Shown in pieces: positions 8,782-16,278 of a stretch of DNA of 64,000 bases. Location: the NCBI GenBank assembly GCA_036563485.1, contig DATCMI010000001.1, forward strand, positions 516,938 through 580,937, written 5' to 3'. Within the stretch, counting starts at the first letter, position 1; each line of letters starts with the position of its first letter. This DNA comes from Sphingomicrobium sp. GTDB taxonomy: Bacteria > Pseudomonadota > Alphaproteobacteria > Sphingomonadales > Sphingomonadaceae. A model generated the notes under the pieces. That model was not told the DNA's origin. It saw only the letters and a list, made by a program, of their open reading frames with translations, and did not search any database. The translations under genes and the position numbers were made by a program.

Positions 8782-9360
8782 ATGGCTACCGACCCTTTCC
8801 AGCTGTTCGACGAGTGGTTCGCGGAAGCGCGCACAAGCGAGCCGAACGACCCAGAAGCCATGGCTTTCGCGACCGCCGACGAACGCGGCCGCCCCTCGGT
8901 GCGAATGGTCCTCCTCCGCCACGTCGGCGCCGACGGCTTCGGCTTTTTCACCAACCTCGACAGCCGCAAGGGGCGCGAGCTCGACGCCAACCCCTACGGT
9001 GCGCTCGCGCTCCACTGGAAATCCCTACGCCGGCAGGTGCGCGCGGAAGGCCCGGTGCGCCAGGTCTCAGACGAAGAAGCCGACGCATATTTCGCGTCGC
9101 GCAGCCGGGATTCGCGCATCGGCTCGTGGGCCTCGGACCAGTCCCGCCCGCTCGACAGCCGCGACACGTTCGAGCGGCGCATCTCCGAAGTCCAGCAGCG
9201 TTTCGAAGGCGCCGACGTGCCGCGGCCGCCGCGCTGGTCGGGCTTCCTGCTGATGCCGGAGAAGATCGAGTTCTGGAGCGACCGCGCGCATCGCCTGCAT
9301 GAGCGCCGGCTGTTCACCCGCCATGGCGACGGCTGGTCGGAAGGCTTGCTCTACCCGTGA
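8782..9360 (+). CDS. pdxH: Pyridoxamine 5'-phosphate oxidase
   Basis: PNDPEAMAFATADERGRPSVRMVLL, FFTNLDSRKGREL, EFWSDRAHRLHER and LYP at the C-terminus. Confidence 0.95.
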   Translation: MATDPFQLFDEWFAEARTSEPNDPEAMAFATADERGRPSVRMVLLRHVGADGFGFFTNLDSRKGRELDANPYGALALHWKSLRRQVRAEGPVRQVSDEEADAYFASRSRDSRIGSWASDQSRPLDSRDTFERRISEVQQRFEGADVPRPPRWSGFLLMPEKIEFWSDRAHRLHERRLFTRHGDGWSEGLLYP

Positions 9361-10289
9361 CCGCGCTCACTGCCGAACAACGGTCGCGGCTGACGACGCG
9401 CGCAGCGCTGGCGTCGAGCGCGCTTGCGATCACCCTCATTGCGCTCAAGGCCTATGCCGCGCTCAAGACCTCGTCCATGGCGATGCTGGGTTCGCTCGCC
9501 GACAGCAGCCTCGACCTGGTCGCGAGCCTGATCGTTCTCTTCGCCGTCCGGATCGCCGCGGCGCCGGCGGACCGGGAGCATCGCTTCGGCCACGGCAAGG
9601 CCGAAGCGCTCGCCGCCCTCGTCCAGGTGATCATCATCACCATGTCGGCGGTCTTCATCGGCTATCGAGCGGTCCAGCGGCTGCTGAGCGGCGCCGAGAC
9701 TGCCCAGGCCGAACTCGGCATCGGCGTTTCGCTGATCGCCATCGTGCTCACGGCCGCGCTGATCACCTACCAGCGCCACGTCGTTCGCCAGACCGGATCG
9801 GTCGCGATCGGCACCGACCGGCTGCATTATTCGTCCGATCTGCTGCTCAACGGCTCGGTCATCATTGCCCTAGCGCTCGAGCAATATGCCGGGCTGACCG
9901 GGGCCGATGCGGTGTTCGGCGTTCTGATCGCCGGCTGGCTGCTGTGGGGCGCATGGCGTGCATCGACGGACGCGCTTCACCAGCTGATGGACCGCGAATG
10001 GCCCGACGAGCTCCGCGACCAGTTCCTCGCCGCTACCAAGGAATATCCGGAGCTCGCCGGGCTCCACGATTTCCGCACACGGAGCAGCGGCACTCATAAT
10101 TTCGCGCAATTCCACGTCTGGGTCCCTGGCCATTGGACGGTCCAGGAAGCGCACGATCGCCTGGACGCCGCCGAAGAGGCCCTTCAGGCGCGCTTCCCCG
10201 GCACCGAAATCCTCATTCACGTTGACCCCGAGGGGCAGACCGACCGCGAGACGATGCTGCCGTCGGAGATCACGGAGCGCCCGCTTTGA
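9357..10289 (+). CDS. Cation diffusion facilitator (CDF) family metal efflux transporter (FieF-like)
   Basis: DSSLDLVAS, HRFGHGKAEALAALVQ, six TM segments and a cytoplasmic C-terminal domain. GTG start overlaps the pdxH stop. Confidence 0.88.
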   Translation: MTALTAEQRSRLTTRAALASSALAITLIALKAYAALKTSSMAMLGSLADSSLDLVASLIVLFAVRIAAAPADREHRFGHGKAEALAALVQVIIITMSAVFIGYRAVQRLLSGAETAQAELGIGVSLIAIVLTAALITYQRHVVRQTGSVAIGTDRLHYSSDLLLNGSVIIALALEQYAGLTGADAVFGVLIAGWLLWGAWRASTDALHQLMDREWPDELRDQFLAATKEYPELAGLHDFRTRSSGTHNFAQFHVWVPGHWTVQEAHDRLDAAEEALQARFPGTEILIHVDPEGQTDRETMLPSEITERPL

Positions 10290-11065
10290 CCACCTTGCCC
10301 TTCTTCCAAGTCGACGCCTTCGCCGAGACGCCGCTGACCGGCAATCCAGCGGCGGTCCTGCCGCTCGACCGCTGGCTTGACGACGCGCTGATGCAGGCCA
10401 TCGCCGCCGAGAATAACCTCAGCGAGACCGCGTTCACGGTGCCGAGCGAAGGCGGTGACGCGGACTACGACCTTCGCTGGTTCACCCCGACGACCGAGGT
10501 CGACCTTTGCGGCCACGCGACCATGGCGACGGGCCATGTCCTCATCACCGGCGAGCGCGTCCGCTTCTCGACCCGCTCAGGCGTGCTCGCCGTCAGCCGC
10601 GCGGGCGACCTGCTCCAGCTCGACTTGCCGGCTTACGAAGTGCGGTCTGGCCGCTTGCCGGGCGTCCAGGAGGCGCTCGGCACCAGTGGCGAGCTGTTCC
10701 TCAGCGAAGGCGGCAACAACAGCGCGATCATCTTACTCGAAGACGAAGCTGCGGTTCGCGCGGTCAGCCCCGACTTCACGGCGCTGCGACAGTTCGACCG
10801 GCTGGTCATCGTCACTGCCCCCGGCGACGAGCATGCCGTCGCCAGCCGGGTCTTCGCCGCCTATCACGGCATCGACGAGGACCCGGTCACCGGCTCTGCC
10901 CATGCATCGCTGGTGCCCTTCTGGGCCCAGCGGCTCGGCCGGGACGATTTCACCGCGCTGCAGGCGAGCAAGCGGACCGGGCTTCTCCATTGCCGTGTGC
11001 ACGGCGACCAGGTCCTGCTCGGCGGCCGCTGCCACACGGTGATCGCAGGCCAGTTCCAGCTTTAG
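10286..11065 (+). CDS. PhzF family isomerase-like protein
   Basis: FQVDAFAETPLTGNPAAVL, LSETAF, RWFTP..EVDLCGHAT and DPVTGSAH. TTG start overlaps the upstream stop. Confidence 0.88.
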   Translation: MTTLPFFQVDAFAETPLTGNPAAVLPLDRWLDDALMQAIAAENNLSETAFTVPSEGGDADYDLRWFTPTTEVDLCGHATMATGHVLITGERVRFSTRSGVLAVSRAGDLLQLDLPAYEVRSGRLPGVQEALGTSGELFLSEGGNNSAIILLEDEAAVRAVSPDFTALRQFDRLVIVTAPGDEHAVASRVFAAYHGIDEDPVTGSAHASLVPFWAQRLGRDDFTALQASKRTGLLHCRVHGDQVLLGGRCHTVIAGQFQL

Positions 11066-11526
11066 CGGTTCAGCTTCTGCTCCAGCGCGTCGAGCAGCGG
11101 CAGCTGGCTGGGCAACATCATGGTCCGCGCTTCGTCGATGCTCATCCAGCGGGCTTCCGAGACCTCGGGGAAACGCTGGCGGCGGCCGCTCTTGGGTGGC
11201 CACTCCATCTCATAGTCGTTCGACCGCACGGCGGCAGCGTCCAGCTCGCCCTCGATGGCGAATGCCTCGACCTGCTTGCCGCCAGCCTGGCGGATACGCG
11301 CAAGTGGGATCGGCTCGGCGGTGAGCTTGGTGCCGGTTTCCTCTTCGAATTCCCGCAGGGCGGCTTCGGCGGAGCTTTCCCCCTCCTCCAGCCCGCCTTT
11401 CGGGATCATCCACGCGCCGGCGTCCTTGTTGCGCCAGAAGGGGCCGCCAGGCTTGATCAGCAAGACTTCGGTCCCGCTTCCGCGCGACCGGAACAGAAGC
11501 ACGCCGGCGCTACGCGGCGACGGCAT
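11062..11526 (-). CDS. NUDIX hydrolase
   Basis: Nudix box [22 protein letters not shown]. Confidence 0.88.
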   Translation of the reverse strand: MPSPRSAGVLLFRSRGSGTEVLLIKPGGPFWRNKDAGAWMIPKGGLEEGESSAEAALREFEEETGTKLTAEPIPLARIRQAGGKQVEAFAIEGELDAAAVRSNDYEMEWPPKSGRRQRFPEVSEARWMSIDEARTMMLPSQLPLLDALEQKLNR

Positions 11527-12628
11527 TCACCGCGCCCTCGCCGACCGGGTTCGTCTCGGCAATCCACCCGCCGCCGAGCAATCTCGTGCCTTCATAAGCC
11601 ACCGCCGCCTGGCCCGGGGCCACGCCAAATTCCGGCTGGGCGAAGCGGATCCAGTCGCCGTCCCGCTCCGCTTCTACTGCCGGTGCAAGCGAGCGCACTT
11701 TCACGCTGACATCGCGCTGATCCTCGGCGATCCAGTTCCAATCGGCGACCCGCATCGTGCCGACCGCAAGCGCAAGGCGGGGGCCGACGACAATCCGCGC
11801 CTGATCCGGATCGATCCTGACGACGTACAGCGGCTCCTTCTGCCCGCCGATCTCGATCCCGCGGCGCTGGCCGACGGTGAAGTGAATGACCCCGCGGTGC
11901 TGGCCAAGGATTCGCCCCTCGATGTCCACGATCTCGCCGGGCGCCGAGGTCTCCGGGCGGAGGCGCTTCACTAGGCCCGCATAATCGCCGTCGGGCACGA
12001 AGCAGATGTCCTGGCTGTCAGGCTTGGCGGCGACCTCGAGCTCGAGCTCGGCCGCGATCTTGCGCACTTCGTCCTTCGGAAGGTCGCCGAGCGGGAAGCG
12101 GACGAAGTCGAGCTGCTCGCGCGTCGTGCCGTACAGGAAATAGCTTTGATCGCGGCGCGGGTCGGCGCCCTTGTGCAGCTCGACGCGGCCGTCGTTGACC
12201 ACCCGCCGCACATAATGGCCGGTCGCGAGGCAGTCGGCGCCGAGTTCCCGGGCAAAAGCGACGAGGTCGACGAACTTCACGCCCTGGTTGCAGCTTGCGC
12301 AGGGCACCGGGGTGCGGCCCTGCGCATATTCATCGGCGAAGCGGTCGATCACGCCTTCGCGGAAGCGGCTTTCATAATCGAGAACGTAATGAGCGATGCC
12401 GAGCCGGTCGGCGACCTGCTTGGCGTCGTAGATGTCCTGCCCTGCGCAACAGGCCCCGGATCGGCGGACGGCTTCACCATGGTCGTAGAGCTGGAGCGTG
12501 ACGCCGATCACTTCCGCGCCCGTCCGCGCGGCAAGCGCGGCCGTGACGGAGCTGTCGACGCCGCCGGACATGGCAACGACGATACGGGCGCCGTCCGCTG
12601 GACGGGCGAGCTGAAAATCGATCCGCAT
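11510..12628 (-). CDS. mnmA: tRNA 2-thiouridine(34) synthase
   Basis: [16 protein letters not shown]-loop, [22 protein letters not shown]. Internal ATG at 12628 chosen; the 109 codons upstream in the track ORF are Arg/Ser-rich and look non-coding. Confidence 0.93.
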   Translation of the reverse strand: MRIDFQLARPADGARIVVAMSGGVDSSVTAALAARTGAEVIGVTLQLYDHGEAVRRSGACCAGQDIYDAKQVADRLGIAHYVLDYESRFREGVIDRFADEYAQGRTPVPCASCNQGVKFVDLVAFARELGADCLATGHYVRRVVNDGRVELHKGADPRRDQSYFLYGTTREQLDFVRFPLGDLPKDEVRKIAAELELEVAAKPDSQDICFVPDGDYAGLVKRLRPETSAPGEIVDIEGRILGQHRGVIHFTVGQRRGIEIGGQKEPLYVVRIDPDQARIVVGPRLALAVGTMRVADWNWIAEDQRDVSVKVRSLAPAVEAERDGDWIRFAQPEFGVAPGQAAVAYEGTRLLGGGWIAETNPVGEGAVNAVAA

Positions 12629-13027
12629 TGGAGTGTCTCTTTCGCGGGTCTTTACCCGAATTTCACTCATCACGCCTAGAGCGAAGGCAGGACTGACGAA
12701 CAGGGAAGCAAGGGTTGGCGCGTCACGAACGGGATTTCGAAGCTGGCGCGGAAGCGCCGCTGAGCCTCGAAGAGCTGCTTGCGCTGCTCGGCTCCGGCGG
12801 CACCACCGACCAGCGCTCTCGAGAGGACGCCATCGCTTGCTATTTGTCGGGCAGCGACGGGTGGCGTGATGCTGTGAAAATGATCGGCGGCGCGTTCGCC
12901 GGTGAAGGGACAGGGTTAAAGGAACGTAAGGCTGATTAACCGTCAGGTTAACCACCGCGTTTCAGAAAGTTTTCAATCGGGCCCGGTTAAACCCGGCTCA
13001 CGGCAATGATTAAGCAGGTGTGACGGA

Positions 13028-13327
13028 ATGCTCGAGAACCAGAAGATTCGTCCGGCCCAGGTGATCGGTCCGCTCGGCGAGCCGCTGACGCTCGATTCGC
13101 TGCCGCCTGCGTCGACCACGCGCTGGGTCGTTCGCCGCAAGGCCGAGGTCGTCGCCGCTGTCGCCGGCGGGCTCCTGAGCGTCGACGAAGCGTGCAAGCG
13201 TTATTCGCTAAGTCTCGAGGAATTCACCAGCTGGCAGCGTGCTGTCGACCGTAGCGGAATGCCGGGACTTCGAGTCACGCGAATCAAGCAATATCGCGAC
13301 CAGTACGAGCGGCAGCAGCGCTATTGA
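13028..13327 (+). CDS. DUF1153-type small HTH protein (the family I believe includes the CtrA inhibitor SciP)
   Basis: PLTLDSLPPASTTRWVVRRKAEVVAAVAGGLLSVDEACKRYSLSLEEFTSWQRAVDRSGMPGLRVTRIKQYR. Family assignment is from memory and was not searched. Confidence 0.7.
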   Translation: MLENQKIRPAQVIGPLGEPLTLDSLPPASTTRWVVRRKAEVVAAVAGGLLSVDEACKRYSLSLEEFTSWQRAVDRSGMPGLRVTRIKQYRDQYERQQRY

Positions 13328-13404
13328 GGCTCGTTACGGCGGAGCATCCTTCCTGCTTTCCTGCCGATAATTACGTCTAGTTCTGGACAGACCCTTCCGA
13401 TTCC

Positions 13405-13430
13405 GGAACAATCACCGCGCATCACGCGTC
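13405..13430 (+). promoter_or_regulatory. Candidate EcfG-type (general stress sigma factor) promoter, GGAAC-N17-CGTC
   Basis: GGAAC at 13405-13409, a 17-nt spacer, then CGTC at 13427-13430, about 55 nt upstream of the GlsB/YeaQ gene start. The published alphaproteobacterial consensus is GGAAC-N16/17-CGTT. Confidence 0.45.
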
Positions 13431-13485
13431 TGTGGTGACGGAACGCCGGTGCGGCAGCACGCGGCGAATAACGGAGGGAACGCTC

Positions 13486-13737
13486 ATGGGAATCATCATT
13501 TGGCTGATCGTCGGCGGTATCTGCGGCTGGCTGGCCAGCATGATCATGCGGACCGACGCCCAGCAGGGCATCATTCTCAACATCGTCGTCGGCATCGTCG
13601 GCGCCGTCATTGCGGGGCTTCTGTTCGGCCAGAACATCAACTCCGGAATCACCATCGAGAGCTTTCTTTACTCTCTGATCGGTGCCGTCATCCTGCTTGC
13701 GATCGTCAACCTGATCCGCAGGGGTTCGGTGCGCTAA
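13486..13737 (+). CDS. GlsB/YeaQ/YmgE family stress-response membrane protein
   Basis: MGIIIWLIVGGICGWLASMIM ... GIILNIVVGIVGAVIAGLLFG. ATG at 13486 is preceded by GGAGGGA. Confidence 0.88.
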   Translation: MGIIIWLIVGGICGWLASMIMRTDAQQGIILNIVVGIVGAVIAGLLFGQNINSGITIESFLYSLIGAVILLAIVNLIRRGSVR

Positions 13738-13764
13738 AGCGCTCGATCCACTAAAAGCATCGAA

Positions 13765-13795
13765 GGCCGCGCGGGGAGATCCGCGCGGCCTTTTT
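13765..13795 (+). terminator. Rho-independent terminator (GGCCGCGCGG-ggagat-CCGCGCGGCC-TTTTT)
   Basis: Perfect 10-bp GC stem plus T-run directly after the stop at 13737. It lies between convergent genes and may work in both directions. Confidence 0.8.
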
Positions 13796-13802
13796 CATTC
13801 AT

Positions 13803-14525
13803 TCACTGCAGCTCGAACGTCATTGCCAGATTGACCTCGAGCCGCTGCTCGCCCGCATCAATCTTGCTGTCGGCAGCCTCGCCGCGCGCCTGGGCCATCA
13901 CCGCCATCGGACGCGGCGGCACCGGATAGCTGCCGCCACTTTCGCTGACCGCGACCACACGCACGACCCGCAGTCCCATTGATCGCGCGTAAAGCTCGGC
14001 ACGTGCGCGGCCGGCGGCCACTGCGCGGGAGCGGGCTTCGTCGAGCGCCGCCTCGGGCTTGTCGATCGTCAGTGTCGGCCCGTTGATCTGGTTCGCGCCC
14101 TCGGCGACCAGCGCGTCGATGACTTTCCCAGCATTGGCGATGTTGCGGAACCGCACGTTCACTGTGTTGGACGCGGTATAGCCGGTCAGCCGCGGCGGCT
14201 GGTTGTTATCGTAGCGATATTCCGGGTTGAGGCTGATGTTGCTGGTCTGGATGTCGCGGTCCTCGATCCCGGCCGCCTTCAGCGCCGAGCGGACACGCGC
14301 CATCTTCGTCGATGCCTGCTGCAGCGCCGCACCGGCGGTCGCAGCACGCGTCACCACCCCGGCGCTGACGACCGCAATGTCCGGAACGCGAGTCACTTCT
14401 CCAGTCGCGGTGACATCGAGCCGAGTGCCGGCGATTGCCTGGGTGATCGTCGCCTGCTGAGCGGTTGCCGGCGTGGCGACGCCTGCCGCAAGCGCCAGCG
14501 CCGCGGCAATGACTGCCTTGTTCAT
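13803..14525 (-). CDS. SIMPL-domain (DUF541) periplasmic protein
   Basis: Signal peptide MNKAVIAAALALAAGVATPATAQ, and an LEVNLAMTFELQ C-terminus typical of the SIMPL / 26-kDa periplasmic protein family. Confidence 0.8.
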   Translation of the reverse strand: MNKAVIAAALALAAGVATPATAQQATITQAIAGTRLDVTATGEVTRVPDIAVVSAGVVTRAATAGAALQQASTKMARVRSALKAAGIEDRDIQTSNISLNPEYRYDNNQPPRLTGYTASNTVNVRFRNIANAGKVIDALVAEGANQINGPTLTIDKPEAALDEARSRAVAAGRARAELYARSMGLRVVRVVAVSESGGSYPVPPRPMAVMAQARGEAADSKIDAGEQRLEVNLAMTFELQ

Positions 14526-14596
14526 CCTTGATACCTCGCTGTTCATTACAGGGGCGAGTCTTGGCCTCGCGCCATGGCTCTTCCCTGAACGGCCGC

Positions 14597-14854
14597 TCAG
14601 CGGCGCCGGGCCACCAAGCGATAGATGAAGAGCAGGATGAACGCGCCGATGATCGCCGCGATGAAACCCGCGCCCTCACCCGTGTCGTACCAGCCAATTG
14701 CCTTTCCGAGCCAGCCGGCGACCAGCGCACCGGCGATCCCGAGCAGAACGGTGATGATGCAGCCCCCCGGGTCCTTCCCCGGCATCAACAGCTTGGCGAT
14801 CGCTCCGGCGAGGCCGCCGATCACGATCCACCCGATGATGCCATAACTTTCCAT
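14597..14854 (-). CDS. GlsB/YeaQ/YmgE family stress-response membrane protein (second paralog)
   Basis: MESYGIIGWIVIGGLAGAIAKLLMPGKDPGGCIITVLLGIAGALVAGWLG. ATG at 14854 is preceded by AGGGGAAG. Confidence 0.88.
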   Translation of the reverse strand: MESYGIIGWIVIGGLAGAIAKLLMPGKDPGGCIITVLLGIAGALVAGWLGKAIGWYDTGEGAGFIAAIIGAFILLFIYRLVARRR

Positions 14855-14998
14855 GTTGCTTCCCCTTTTTTGCTCTGAACCAGTGTCCAACCACGCTCGG
14901 TTGCCTTATGGCAACGCGCGCTCGTCCAACTTGTGCCGCCTTTGGTCGAAAAGGCCTAGCGCCAGCATATCGGCGCGCGTCTGTTGCTTCGGGTGAGT

Positions 14999-15011
14999 TA
15001 TTAGTCTAATA
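14999..15011. promoter_or_regulatory. 13-bp AT-rich perfect palindrome TATTAGTCTAATA upstream of the RND operon
   Basis: Read directly, 33-57 nt upstream of the MFP start candidates. A second dyad GTTGCC-ttat-GGCAAC lies about 90 nt further upstream. Confidence 0.4.
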
Positions 15012-15067
15012 CAGCACGTGAAAGCGCGCAGGGAATAGCGTCCGTGAGGGCCAGCAGGCAGGGCAAT

Positions 15068-16252
15068 ATGAATATCGAATCGTCGATCCATTCTTCGGAC
15101 AATCTCGTTGTCATCGATCGTTCGCGGTCACGGCGGCGGATGGTCATCATCGCGGCAATTGCCGCCGTGGTGCTTGCGGTGGTCGCCCTTGCGATCTTCA
15201 TGGGCCGCGGTGCCGACGAAAAAGGCGCTGGCGCTGCCGGAGCTCGCGGTGGGGCAGGCCAGGCGCCAGCGGTCAGCGTGATGGTGCCGGGCCGCAGCCA
15301 GGTCGGCCGTGCCGTTACCGCGAGCGGTCCGCTCGCGGCGCGCCGCGACCAGCCTGTCGGCATTGCCGGCCAGGGCGGCCGCGTCGTGCGCGTGCTTGTC
15401 GACGCCGGCAGCTGGGTTCGCGCGGGACAGGTGCTTGCAGTCGTCGACCGCTCGGTCCAGGCGCAGCAGGCAGCGCAGCTTGCGGCCCAAGTCGACGCGG
15501 CGCGCGCTCAGGCCGGCCTTGCCCAAGCGAACTACGAACGTGCGGTCGCCCTCCAGGGGCGCGGCTTCATCTCGAAGGCGGAAATCGATGCCAAGCGCTC
15601 GGCACGCGATGCCGCCAACGCGCAGGTCCGTGTCGCCCAGGCTCAGCTCGGCGCGACGCGGGCGCAGATCGGCCAGCTCAATGTGACGGCGCCCGCTTCC
15701 GGGCTCGTGCTCGAGCGCAACGTAGAGCTCGGCCAGATCGTCTCCCCGGGTTCGGGCGCGCTGTTCCGTCTTGCCGAAGGCGGCGCGATGGAGATGCGGG
15801 CCCAGATCGCCCAGCAGGACCTCGCCAACGTTCACGTCGGCATGCCCGTGCAGGTGACCCCGATCGGCTCGGACCGTAGCTATTCGGGCTCGGTATGGCA
15901 GGTTGCGCCCGTGATCGACCCGCAGTCGCGCTTGGGTGAGGTGCGGATTTCGGTGCCTTACGATTCGACCATGCGTCCGGGGGGCTTCGCCGAAGCGCGG
16001 ATCACCGCCGGCACCACGACCGCGCCGCTCCTTCCGCAAAGCGCGGTGCTCAGCGACGCCAAGGGCAATTATGTCTATGTCGTCAACGGCAAGAACCAGG
16101 TCGAACGCCGCGATATCAAGGTGGGCACCGTCAACGACGAAGGCGTGACCATCGCGTCGGGTCTTTCCGGCCAGGAAGCGGTGGTCGTCTCGGCCGGACC
16201 GTTCCTCAACCCGGGCCAGAAGGTAAACCCCAAGCGCCAGGCCGCCCGCTGA
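15068..16252 (+). CDS. Efflux RND transporter periplasmic adaptor (membrane fusion protein)
   Basis: N-terminal TM anchor, coiled-coil (QAQQAAQLAAQVDAARAQAGLAQANYERA) and HlyD-like beta-barrel segments. Alternative GTG start at 15044. Confidence 0.9.
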   Translation: MNIESSIHSSDNLVVIDRSRSRRRMVIIAAIAAVVLAVVALAIFMGRGADEKGAGAAGARGGAGQAPAVSVMVPGRSQVGRAVTASGPLAARRDQPVGIAGQGGRVVRVLVDAGSWVRAGQVLAVVDRSVQAQQAAQLAAQVDAARAQAGLAQANYERAVALQGRGFISKAEIDAKRSARDAANAQVRVAQAQLGATRAQIGQLNVTAPASGLVLERNVELGQIVSPGSGALFRLAEGGAMEMRAQIAQQDLANVHVGMPVQVTPIGSDRSYSGSVWQVAPVIDPQSRLGEVRISVPYDSTMRPGGFAEARITAGTTTAPLLPQSAVLSDAKGNYVYVVNGKNQVERRDIKVGTVNDEGVTIASGLSGQEAVVVSAGPFLNPGQKVNPKRQAAR

Positions 16253-16278
16253 TCTCCTTCTCTGGAAGCTGAACCGAT

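Noticed and set aside
12936-12951. TTAACCGTCAGGTTAA as a canonical CtrA box
   Set aside because: The spacing is TTAA-N8-TTAA, not N7. It is kept only as a weak observation and is not called as a CtrA site.
12629-12955. 5' extension of mnmA (the track gives 481 aa)
   Set aside because: The extra 109 residues are Arg/Ser/Pro-rich and unlike any MnmA N-terminus. The conserved PP-loop begins shortly after the ATG at 12628.
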